From: an uncultured virus (IMG/VR IMGVR_UViG_3300035680_001736)
Taxonomy: Duplodnaviria > Heunggongvirae > Uroviricota > Caudoviricetes
DNA: 20,000 nt
Reading direction: 5' to 3' (one strand)
IMG/VR virus record: IMGVR_UViG_3300035680_001736
The notes beneath the pieces were generated by a model. That model ran no database searches. It was not told where the DNA came from and saw only the letters and a list, made by a program, of their open reading frames with translations. Shown one piece after another: positions 8,414 through 16,056 of this stretch. The position numbers and the translations under genes are program-made. The stretch's first letter is position 1. Each line of letters begins with the position of its first letter.

Positions 8414-9271
8414 ATGAAAAACACAAAAATTTATCACGAGTTGGTCCAAAAGATGAGGACCTTTTTCCTAAACAAAGGTTTTCTTGAGGTTCCGACCCAA
8501 TCAAGATTATCAATTCTCGCAGCATGTGAGAATCCACACTCAATCACAACGTTTGAGTATCAAGGTCAAATTTGGCCATTACCACAAACAGGTCAAATGT
8601 GGTTAGAGTATGAATTGTTACAAAATTCCGAATGGCCAGGTGTGTTCTGTATCTCAACATCATACAGACAAGAAAAAGACCCAATCCCAGGTCGTCACGA
8701 ATTAATCTTCCCAATGTTTGAATTCGAGTCAAAGGGTGGTATGAAAGAATTACTTAAATTAGAATCTGAATTACTTGCGTTTTTAGGTTTTGATTCTCCT
8801 GTTGAAGTGAATTATGACGATGTTTGTGAAGAATATGGCGGAGTTCCGATTTTGGAAAACGAACACGAAACTAAAATGTGGAAAGAAAAAGGTGATGTGG
8901 TGTCATTACAAAATTTCCCTGTTAGAACTAACCCATTTTGGAACATGAAGTCAGGTGAAGGTGACAAATTCAATAAAGTAGACGTTATTCTTTACGGTCA
9001 AGAAACAATTGGTTCTGCTGAAAGAAGTTGTGATGTTGATGAAATGAGACAAATGTTCTATACTATAGAAAACGGTGGTTATTCTGCCAAATTGTTTGAA
9101 TTGTTTGGTAAAGAAAGAGTTGAAAAAGAACTTGAAGAGTTTTTATCTCACAAATTCTTTAAAAGATTTGGTGGAGGTATTGGTTTAACTCGTCTTGCCA
9201 GAGCATATCAAATGATGAAAGACTCTCACGATGAATTACACATGAATTATGGTGATGTAAACAAATTTTGA
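8414..9271 (+). CDS. Class IIb aaRS catalytic-domain-only protein, AsnRS-like; probable asparagine synthetase (archaeal AsnA/AS-AR type)
   Basis: Motif 1 FFLNKGFLEVPT, QTGQMWLE (cf. AsnRS QSGQLYLE), motif 2 SYRQE..RHELIFPMFEFE, QETIGSAER, motif 3 GGGIGLTRL; no anticodon-binding OB domain; Asn-rich leader. Confidence 0.75.
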   Translation: MKNTKIYHELVQKMRTFFLNKGFLEVPTQSRLSILAACENPHSITTFEYQGQIWPLPQTGQMWLEYELLQNSEWPGVFCISTSYRQEKDPIPGRHELIFPMFEFESKGGMKELLKLESELLAFLGFDSPVEVNYDDVCEEYGGVPILENEHETKMWKEKGDVVSLQNFPVRTNPFWNMKSGEGDKFNKVDVILYGQETIGSAERSCDVDEMRQMFYTIENGGYSAKLFELFGKERVEKELEEFLSHKFFKRFGGGIGLTRLARAYQMMKDSHDELHMNYGDVNKF

Positions 9272-9439
9272 ATGAAAAATTTTAAGGTTAAAAATAGATA
9301 TACCAAAGAAATGTCAGATAAATTTTTATCCGACTACAAATCTTCTGGTGAATGTTCTGTTGAAAATCCCGACTTTTACGGTAATTGGAACTGGAAAAAA
9401 TACGGAACCGAAGAATATAAAAATTCTTTCAAAAAATAA
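9272..9439 (+). CDS. Small hypothetical protein (55 aa); not in ORF track
   Basis: TGA-ATG abutting upstream gene; MKNFKVKNRYTKEMSDKFLSDYKSSGECSVENPDFYGNWNWKKYGTEEYKNSFKK. Confidence 0.55.
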   Translation: MKNFKVKNRYTKEMSDKFLSDYKSSGECSVENPDFYGNWNWKKYGTEEYKNSFKK

Positions 9440-9442
9440 AAA

Positions 9443-9682
9443 TTACTGAATTTGACTCAAAGACATAATGGTGTCATTCGAAAGGGTGACACCATTTTTT
9501 GTTTCATAGGAAACATAACTTACCGATAAAACTTTATCTTCAGTTGGTATAAAAACTTCACCATCTAAGTTAGAAAAATACACACCCTGATTAGTTTCAA
9601 CTTTAACACCTGTCAAAGTTTCATCTGTTTGTGAATCTAAAAAAATGATTCTAAAAAATACTGTAATAAGAATTGTCTTCAT
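9443..9682 (-). CDS. Stand-alone CarboxypepD_reg-like (SusC/TonB-receptor N-terminal type) domain
   Basis: D..T.E.L.GV.V....G..SNLDG.......LSVSYVSYETK pattern. Confidence 0.6.
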   Translation of the reverse strand: MKTILITVFFRIIFLDSQTDETLTGVKVETNQGVYFSNLDGEVFIPTEDKVLSVSYVSYETKNGVTLSNDTIMSLSQIQ

Positions 9683-9773
9683 ATTGCAATATGTATGTTA
9701 AATTTTTCAATTGTCAAAATTGATAATATTACTTAACATTTCCTTAATGTATTTATAATATATCCTTAATACT

Positions 9774-10124
9774 ATGAAGCAGATTATATTTTTGGTGTTT
9801 ATGTTCTTACAGGTTGTAGGACATTCACAAGTAGAAGAAGTTGTGTTTAAAAATGACAAAGGTCAAATCGAACAACGTGGTCATTTATCAAATAATCTAA
9901 AAACTGGTGAGTGGATTGCTTATTATGAAAATGGAAGCATATTTTCTGTAGGTTATTATGATAAAGGTAGAAAAGATGGAATCTGGACTACATATTCACC
10001 AGTTGGAATTAGAGTATCTCAAGTCAAATATTTTAAGGGTAAAAAATATGAAGGTTGGATGTATGATATGGAAGGAAATTTAGTTGAGAAAAGAATTTTT
10101 AAGGATTATATCACAAATGATTAA
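9774..10124 (+). CDS. Exported MORN-variant repeat (YwqK-like) protein
   Basis: Signal peptide-like N-terminus; repeats GEWIAYYENG, GYYDKGRKDGIWTTYSPVG; TATTTAT at 9750-9756. Confidence 0.75.
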   Translation: MKQIIFLVFMFLQVVGHSQVEEVVFKNDKGQIEQRGHLSNNLKTGEWIAYYENGSIFSVGYYDKGRKDGIWTTYSPVGIRVSQVKYFKGKKYEGWMYDMEGNLVEKRIFKDYITND

Positions 10125-10804
10125 TTCTTCTTTGGTTTTTCTGACGCATACTTAACACCCATTATAGTTCCGACAATACTGAATGCATTTGTTAATAATA
10201 TACCAAACATATTACTCCAAGTTGAGCCAATTATTTGGGTATCTTGACCTGTGAACAATGCCACAGAATATAATGCCGTAGTAACTATTCCAACTCCAAT
10301 AATTACAATTAAAGCAACTCTTACAATTGTATTTATTAACTCAAATTGAGTTTTCTTTTGTAACACATCCAAATCATTTTCGGCATGTTGTTTTGCCTTT
10401 TCAGCATCAACCCTTGCTTGTTCGGATTTAACCATCTCCACCGTTAATTCTTCCGTCAACCTCAAATTATCCAATTTCCACTCGTTTAATTCTCTGTTTT
10501 GGACTTCAAATGTTAATTTAGATTCTTCAACTTCATTTAATGTTGTTTGAAGTTCGTCTAATATCTTTTGATTTTGGGCGTTTAAGTCGGATAGTTCTTT
10601 GTTTTGGGTTTGAATTTGTTTGGTAATGTCAAGTCTCTTCTTTCTATTTGCAACATCTCTTTCACCACACTTTTTAAGGTATTCTTTAAAATATTCATCC
10701 CCATCAGAATTAATTACCTTAACTATATTTCCTTCCAAAAATAAGTTTTTGGTTTCTGATAAGATAATTAATTCTTGTTTTATTTCAGGGGTGAATTTTA
10801 TCAT
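10121..10804 (-). CDS. Coiled-coil protein with two C-terminal TM helices
   Basis: Long E/Q/K/L-rich stretch then two hydrophobic helices; ATGA overlap with the receiver gene. Confidence 0.75.
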   Translation of the reverse strand: MIKFTPEIKQELIILSETKNLFLEGNIVKVINSDGDEYFKEYLKKCGERDVANRKKRLDITKQIQTQNKELSDLNAQNQKILDELQTTLNEVEESKLTFEVQNRELNEWKLDNLRLTEELTVEMVKSEQARVDAEKAKQHAENDLDVLQKKTQFELINTIVRVALIVIIGVGIVTTALYSVALFTGQDTQIIGSTWSNMFGILLTNAFSIVGTIMGVKYASEKPKKN

Positions 10805-11232
10805 TTGTAAATTTTAAACGGAGCGGTTCTGTTTTTGTAACCTTCATAATCTTTCTTAAACTCCTCCAATCTTGGTTCAATCTCATCTGATTTTATAATC
10901 CAAAATTGAGCACCTGACTGAATTGCCTTTGCCTGTTCTTCGGGTTCGTTTGAAGATGAAATAATTCCGATTACAACATTATTACCGTATTCAAAGTTAA
11001 TCTTTCTAATTAACTCAATACCATCAAAGGAAGACCCAATGATATTCAAATCAACAAACACACATTCAGGCTTATCAGAGCTATTTGATTGCCATTTTTC
11101 AAATAATTTGGCGGCCTCATCTGAACTATTCAAACTTTTTAAAGATAATGTTATATCAAGAAGCGAACAGCTATCTTCAAATACTAAATGGAATAAATCC
11201 TCGTCATCTACAAGTAAAATTGAATCAATCAT
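10801..11232 (-). CDS. Single-domain response regulator (receiver only)
   Basis: ILLVDDED, phospho-Asp in VFVDLNI, DGIEL, ISSS, FWIIK; no output domain. Confidence 0.92.
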   Translation of the reverse strand: MIDSILLVDDEDLFHLVFEDSCSLLDITLSLKSLNSSDEAAKLFEKWQSNSSDKPECVFVDLNIIGSSFDGIELIRKINFEYGNNVVIGIISSSNEPEEQAKAIQSGAQFWIIKSDEIEPRLEEFKKDYEGYKNRTAPFKIYK

Positions 11233-11240
11233 AGTTTTTT

Positions 11241-12494
11241 TTATTTTATTTTTATTTTCAGTTTAGTTCCTATCTCATTTTTCTCACATCTTACCAAAAA
11301 CTTGTGTTCTTGTAATATCGCAACACATATGTTTAATCCGAGTCCAGTTCCTGACTCTTTTTGCCCTTCTTTTCTTGTGTATGGTTTTGATAAATGGTCA
11401 AAATCTTTTTGGTCAATACCTCGTCCATTATCCTGAACCATTAACTCATCACCTTCCATATATATTTTTACAAATTTTGTTTCAGAATCATTATACTTCA
11501 ATCCATTCCTAATTAAGTTGTCTATTGCCGTACAGAATAGAGCTTCATTAACTTCTATGGTTGGTAGTTCCTCAATAATTACCTGACTATGATAAGCAGT
11601 TGATGATAAATAATCATTTAGTATCGCTCTTAAATCACATTCAGCTTTATTTAATACCACATCTTTTTTAACCAAATTGGTAAATTCATAAACACCTTTA
11701 TAAACTTTTTGTGAGTGTCTTAATCCCTCCTTAATCATTTTAAGGGGAGCCTCAATCTTTAAAGTTTCTATGTCCTCAGGTTTTAATCTTCTTTCCAAAG
11801 AACTTATACCTCTCGGGATATAAGTATTAATTCCAGAGTGCATGTCGTGTCTCAATATTTTAGCCGCGTGCTCGAGATAAGTGTTTTGTTTTTCAATTTC
11901 TTTTGACTTTTCAACAATTTCAGATATGTCTCTTGCAATTTTTAATACTCGATAGGTTTCTCCTGTTTCATTTATAATTGGATTGTAGGTGGCACTTAAA
12001 TAAATCTTGTTACCGTCCTTTTTCTTTCTGATAATGTCCCCACTAAAATAAACACCTGATTTAAGTTTGTTCCAAAAATTAATATACCCATTTGAATTTT
12101 TTTCATCATCAAAAACAAAAATACTATGATGTTTTCCTATAACCTCTTCTGATTTATACCCCATTGCATCCAAAAATGAATCATTGGCAAAACAAACTAT
12201 ACCATTAGTATCAAATTCAATCACAGGACTTGAACGATTAATCGCATCCATTCTATTTGCTAACGCTCTTTCTTTTTGTGTGATTTTTTCAGTAAGTTTT
12301 TTATTTTCCCTTTCATTCTTAATATATTGTCTGATAAAGGAATATAAAAAATATGTTATTGTCAAAAATAGAATATATTCCGACCCCCTCGTAACTGGTG
12401 ATGAAGGAGTGATATCAAGTAATACTGTAGTTTTCAGGATTAAGAAAACAACTACTATTAATGAAATTAAGTTTAATTTTAATTTTAACGACAT
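11241..12494 (-). CDS. Membrane PAS-domain sensor histidine kinase
   Basis: 2 N-terminal TM; PAS/PAC (IEFDTNG..AN..F...GY..EEVIGKHHS...FW...RKKKDG...YNPI); H-box LRHDMHS; N box NLIRNGLKY; DNGRGI; GTGLGL. Confidence 0.93.
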   Translation of the reverse strand: MSLKLKLNLISLIVVVFLILKTTVLLDITPSSPVTRGSEYILFLTITYFLYSFIRQYIKNERENKKLTEKITQKERALANRMDAINRSSPVIEFDTNGIVCFANDSFLDAMGYKSEEVIGKHHSIFVFDDEKNSNGYINFWNKLKSGVYFSGDIIRKKKDGNKIYLSATYNPIINETGETYRVLKIARDISEIVEKSKEIEKQNTYLEHAAKILRHDMHSGINTYIPRGISSLERRLKPEDIETLKIEAPLKMIKEGLRHSQKVYKGVYEFTNLVKKDVVLNKAECDLRAILNDYLSSTAYHSQVIIEELPTIEVNEALFCTAIDNLIRNGLKYNDSETKFVKIYMEGDELMVQDNGRGIDQKDFDHLSKPYTRKEGQKESGTGLGLNICVAILQEHKFLVRCEKNEIGTKLKIKIK

Positions 12495-12563
12495 TCATCA
12501 ATAAATATCAATATACTCTTTAAGTTAAAAAAAATATTACTATAATTAAGGTTTTTTTAAAAT

Positions 12564-12589
12564 AAAAAACCCGTCGGTTAGACGGGTTT
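12564..12589 (-). terminator. Intrinsic terminator after the phosphoesterase gene
   Basis: AAACCCGTC-N5-GACGGGTTT with T tract on the minus strand. Confidence 0.8.
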
Positions 12590-12593
12590 CAAA

Positions 12594-13283
12594 TTAAATA
12601 AACTCCAATTTATTCGTTACAGGGTCCCATTCTACCGTTAGTGGTTTTTGGGTGTATTGATACTGTTCGTCTAATACCGAGGCATTGATGAAGTGAGTAT
12701 CTCCGTCAAAAACATAACCATACCCTGAATGTATGTGCCCGCAGACATGAATTTTAGGTTTAATTGTTTTAATTCTTTTTGTCAGTAATTCACATCCAAG
12801 ATTATCATACTGACCCATAATTGTATCCAAATAACCAAATGCCGGTCCGTGAGTAATTAATATGTCAGTATCATCAGGAATGTCATTCCACTTCTGTGTA
12901 AGTTTATGACCATTCTTTGGTAGATTAAACGCCCAATTATAGAACTCGGGCTGCCATGGACTACCATAAATCTTTACATAATTTTCCGTATCAACTCCGT
13001 AACCAAGAAAACTATCTTGAAGATAAACAATGTCATTATAAAAACCGACAACCTCTTTGGCCATTTCGGGTTCCTTTTCAAACCCAAAGTCGTGATTACC
13101 GGCAATGAATGTCTTTACAGTATAATTTTCCAAACTGTCAAACCACTTGCAGAATTTTTGGATTTCATACTTATAACCCATTGATGAGATATCACCAGCG
13201 TGAATCAGTAAGTCACCTCCTGGCAAATCTTCAGTAATTTGCTTGTGTTTGTTGTGAGTATCTGATATAAAAGTTATTTTCAT
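12594..13283 (-). CDS. Calcineurin-like metallophosphoesterase (MPPED/239FB-like)
   Basis: SDTH, HAGD, GNHD, THGP, GHIH motifs. Confidence 0.92.
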   Translation of the reverse strand: MKITFISDTHNKHKQITEDLPGGDLLIHAGDISSMGYKYEIQKFCKWFDSLENYTVKTFIAGNHDFGFEKEPEMAKEVVGFYNDIVYLQDSFLGYGVDTENYVKIYGSPWQPEFYNWAFNLPKNGHKLTQKWNDIPDDTDILITHGPAFGYLDTIMGQYDNLGCELLTKRIKTIKPKIHVCGHIHSGYGYVFDGDTHFINASVLDEQYQYTQKPLTVEWDPVTNKLEFI

Positions 13284-13801
13284 TTTTTTACTTGGGTTTC
13301 CTCCAATTCAACAGATGTTGGTCTGCCAAAGATAAGAACATTTACTTTAAGTTTACCTTTCTCTTTATCAATAAATTCAATGTTTCCCTTAAAGGATGTA
13401 AATGGACCTTCAGTTACAGTAACTTCATCTCCAACACTGAATATGTCTGAAAAACTTTTTGTTTTGTTTTCTTCGTGAATTCCAATCATTCGGTTTACTT
13501 CTTGGTCTGATACAATTTGGATATTTCCAGCTCTGTCAGACAACAATCCCGTTGCTCCATCAATTTTTTTAACAACTTGTTTTAATTCCCCAATTGCGGA
13601 TGTTTCAACAAAAACATAACCAGGAAACAAAACTTTTTCACGTTGTGTTTTTTTACCATCTTTCGTGGCAAATACTTTTTCCATTGGAACTACAACTCTT
13701 CCGATTACCCCATTGAGTTCCCCTTTGTCGGCTTCTTTTAAAATTCTTTCTGAGACTTTTCTCTCACGATTTGCTTGTGCTCTTACAATGTACCATTCCA
13801 T
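13280..13801 (-). CDS. nusG: Transcription termination/antitermination factor NusG
   Basis: WYIV, LFPGYVFVE (NGN); VGDEVTVTEGPF (KOW); IFGRPTSVEL. Confidence 0.95.
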   Translation of the reverse strand: MEWYIVRAQANRERKVSERILKEADKGELNGVIGRVVVPMEKVFATKDGKKTQREKVLFPGYVFVETSAIGELKQVVKKIDGATGLLSDRAGNIQIVSDQEVNRMIGIHEENKTKSFSDIFSVGDEVTVTEGPFTSFKGNIEFIDKEKGKLKVNVLIFGRPTSVELEETQVKK

Positions 13802-13813
13802 AATTTTAATTTT

Positions 13814-14359
13814 TTAGTCCCACCAACCATCAATATGTTTGGCGATAAATTTATATGCTTCTTTTTTATCTTTCATGTATTCCTTACGGGCGGCTTTCAT
13901 TGCCGCTCTGAAATCCTCAGAATATTGTTCTTTATCTTCAGGAGTTTTAACCTTCTCGGTTTTTGAAACCATTTCACTAACATTTGGTCGGTCTTCAAGT
14001 GGTATAAATTCAAAAGTTGTCTTACCCCACTTCTCTTCAATTATGTCGTGAGCCGGTTCTTCATAAAACTCCCAACTATCACGGGTCATGTGAAGACGGT
14101 CAATCGCTTCTTGGATTTCCTCAGCAACTTCTTTAGCGGAAGTTATGTGAGTCCTATCAGACAAGAAGAAATCTCGGGTATGTTCGAGTTTTTTGATTAA
14201 TATTTCGTTAATGAAGTGACTATCATAGTCCTCATCCTTCCAAATTGTGGGAAGCCATCGAAAAACGTTCTTAATTTTTCGAATAAATCGCTTAACAGCG
14301 TATTTTATGTCTTTAAAGCTTTCCCCAACCATCTTTGTACTGTGTTTTATCGATACCAT
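13814..14359 (-). CDS. Phage-type hypothetical protein
   Basis: 181-aa ORF with RWLPTIWKDEDYD and terminal GWWD; exact start uncertain. Confidence 0.7.
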   Translation of the reverse strand: MVSIKHSTKMVGESFKDIKYAVKRFIRKIKNVFRWLPTIWKDEDYDSHFINEILIKKLEHTRDFFLSDRTHITSAKEVAEEIQEAIDRLHMTRDSWEFYEEPAHDIIEEKWGKTTFEFIPLEDRPNVSEMVSKTEKVKTPEDKEQYSEDFRAAMKAARKEYMKDKKEAYKFIAKHIDGWWD

Positions 14360-14404
14360 CTGATACTGTTTTAAAAAATTTAACTAATTTATTCCAAAAT
14401 TTTC

Positions 14405-14644
14405 TCATCGTATTAAATTATGAGGATTTATGTCGTGTTCTTCCATCAATTCACGTAGTTTTTCATAAACTGCGTCAACTCCTTTGTGATAACCGTCTTC
14501 TTCATCATATCCGTTGGTCAAACCGCGGTATGAGTTGGTCATTATCTCCCAAAGTACAAGTGCCATGTCGGTTGCCTTCACGCAACGCTCGTGAGCCATC
14601 TTATCATCGATGTCATCCAAATCAAATGTTAGTTTTGCTTTCAT
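14405..14644 (-). CDS. Hypothetical protein (probable start MKAKLTFDL at 14644)
   Basis: TATCTTTG (TAnnTTTG) at 14649-14656 directly precedes this ATG. Confidence 0.7.
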   Translation of the reverse strand: MKAKLTFDLDDIDDKMAHERCVKATDMALVLWEIMTNSYRGLTNGYDEEDGYHKGVDAVYEKLRELMEEHDINPHNLIR

Positions 14645-14673
14645 GGTACAAAGATAAGGCAAGTTTTTTAATG

Positions 14674-14708
14674 AAAAAAGGGACTTAACAAAAATTAAGT
14701 CCCTTTTT
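14674..14708. terminator. Strong bidirectional intrinsic terminator
   Basis: AAAAAGGGACTTAA-N6-TTAAGTCCCTTTTT, 14-bp arms. Confidence 0.85.
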
Positions 14709-14742
14709 CTATATATAGGCTCTCTGATGAGAGTGATAGTTT
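14674..14742 (-). ncRNA. Candidate ~70-nt small RNA or terminating leader
   Basis: Promoter, then CTCTC-ATCA-GAGAG hairpin, CTATATATAG palindrome and terminator; no ATG. Confidence 0.45.
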
Positions 14743-14747
14743 TGATA

Positions 14748-14776
14748 AATATACCTAAAAATCAAAAATATGTCAA
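14748..14776 (-). promoter_or_regulatory. sigma70-like promoter TTGACA-N17-TATATT overlapping TATTTAT
   Basis: Direct reading on the minus strand. Confidence 0.7.
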
Positions 14777-14799
14777 TTTTATGGTCAAAAATAGTGATT

Positions 14800-15012
14800 T
14801 TATTCGTTTTTACCTGAAACTATCTTACAAATTTGGTCTTTTTTTGAATCCTCAAATTTATTTATGTATTTTAACTTAATTTCTTCAGAAATTTCGTAAT
14901 CCCACTTGTTTATAAACTGTTCAAACAGTCTTAATGAAGAATTCACCTGTTTTCTAGTCTCACAGGACTCTAAAACCGACAATACCCATTGAAACTCTAT
15001 CAAAATATCCAT
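14800..15012 (-). CDS. Hypothetical protein
   Basis: 70-aa ATG ORF. Confidence 0.6.
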   Translation of the reverse strand: MDILIEFQWVLSVLESCETRKQVNSSLRLFEQFINKWDYEISEEIKLKYINKFEDSKKDQICKIVSGKNE

Positions 15013-15048
15013 ACTTTTAGTAAAATTAGGTTTATATTTATAAAATAT

Positions 15049-15330
15049 ATGAAAACTTGTCTTTCTGTTCTCTTAAATTATGTCTTTTCCAAAGATTTAG
15101 AGGCTTTATACGGTAAAGACAGTTATATTATCATAAATCATGTTAAATTTTGCACGGTTAACAAACATTATTTGATTGATTGTAAACTTTTTATGACCGA
15201 TATCTCTCTTTTTGAAGAAAGTCGGTTGGATGGACTAAATTTTTTAATCGAGGAAAGTTTAAAATGGTCAAATTTTGACCACGATAAGTTCGCATTAGTT
15301 GCAACTTATGATTTGGTCAGTCAGTCTTGA
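15049..15330 (+). CDS. Hypothetical protein (probable start ATG 15049)
   Basis: TATTTAT at 15035-15041 precedes this ATG; the track start overlaps the divergent gene. Confidence 0.6.
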   Translation: MKTCLSVLLNYVFSKDLEALYGKDSYIIINHVKFCTVNKHYLIDCKLFMTDISLFEESRLDGLNFLIEESLKWSNFDHDKFALVATYDLVSQS

Positions 15331-15497
15331 ATCAAACCCCTATTTTTAAAGTCGTAGTACACTTGTGGAGCCGCGTCGTGAGTCGTGATACTCGCTCCTG
15401 ACTTAATTTTCGAATCAATTTCTTCCATAAATTGACTAAAAACCCCGCTTCTGTGTGCGGAGTATAGTATTTCCTCTAAAAATTTTTCGTTTGACAT
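15321..15497 (-). CDS. Small hypothetical protein (58 aa); not in ORF track
   Basis: MSNEKFLEEILYSAHRSGVF...KNRGLIQD; TATATTTG at 15538-15545. Confidence 0.6.
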   Translation of the reverse strand: MSNEKFLEEILYSAHRSGVFSQFMEEIDSKIKSGASITTHDAAPQVYYDFKNRGLIQD

Positions 15498-15584
15498 TTT
15501 TACCTTAAAATTTAATGATATAGTAATAATAACTATACAAATATAGTAAAAAAATGATTAAAAAATTTTTTTTACAAAAAATAT

Positions 15585-15613
15585 TTGATGAGTTATGGTT
15601 TTTCACTTATAAT
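15585..15613 (+). promoter_or_regulatory. sigma70-like promoter TTGATG-N17-TATAAT for the PPIase
   Basis: Direct reading. Confidence 0.6.
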
Positions 15614-15630
15614 TAGTAAAAACATATAAA

Positions 15631-16056
15631 ATGAAAATAGTACAAAACGGTGACTCCGTAAAAGTTAACTACACAGGACGTTTAGAGGACGGTTCTGTAT
15701 TCGATTCTTCACTAACTGAAGGTCGTGAACCATTGGCTGCGGTATTAGGACAAGGTCAATTGATTAAAGGTTTTGAATCAGGATTGATGGGAATGTCAGT
15801 CGGAGATAAAAAGACAGTGGAAATTGACCCATCAGAAGCTTATGGTGATGTTGTTGAGGGTATGGTAAGTGAAGTACCTCTCGGGAATCTTCCTGAAAAT
15901 GTTAAAGTTGGTGACCAACTACAGGGTATGACCGAACGTGGTCCAGTAATGGTAGTTGTTAAAGAAGTGAATGAAACCTCAGCTATGGTTGATGCAAATC
16001 ATCCTTTGGCAGGTAAAAAACTTATCTTTGATTTGGAGTTGGTTAGTATCGACTAA
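15631..16056 (+). CDS. FKBP-type peptidyl-prolyl isomerase, SlyD/SlpA-like (no His-rich tail)
   Basis: VKVNYTGRLEDGSVFDSS, GQLIKGFE, PSEAYG, VDANHPLAGKKLIF. Confidence 0.95.
   Translation: MKIVQNGDSVKVNYTGRLEDGSVFDSSLTEGREPLAAVLGQGQLIKGFESGLMGMSVGDKKTVEIDPSEAYGDVVEGMVSEVPLGNLPENVKVGDQLQGMTERGPVMVVVKEVNETSAMVDANHPLAGKKLIFDLELVSID

Noticed and set aside
8331..8732. Minus-strand ORFs 8331-8543 and 8544-8732
   Set aside because: Antisense to the AsnRS-like gene and attenuator; no recognisable motifs
8414..9271. EF-P lysine ligase EpmA or a complete tRNA synthetase
   Set aside because: No TSPE motif and no anticodon-binding domain; AsnRS-like motifs and the Asn leader favour asparagine synthetase
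14724..14731. CTGATGAG hammerhead ribozyme core
   Set aside because: No stem II followed by GAAA downstream; the promoter points to the opposite strand
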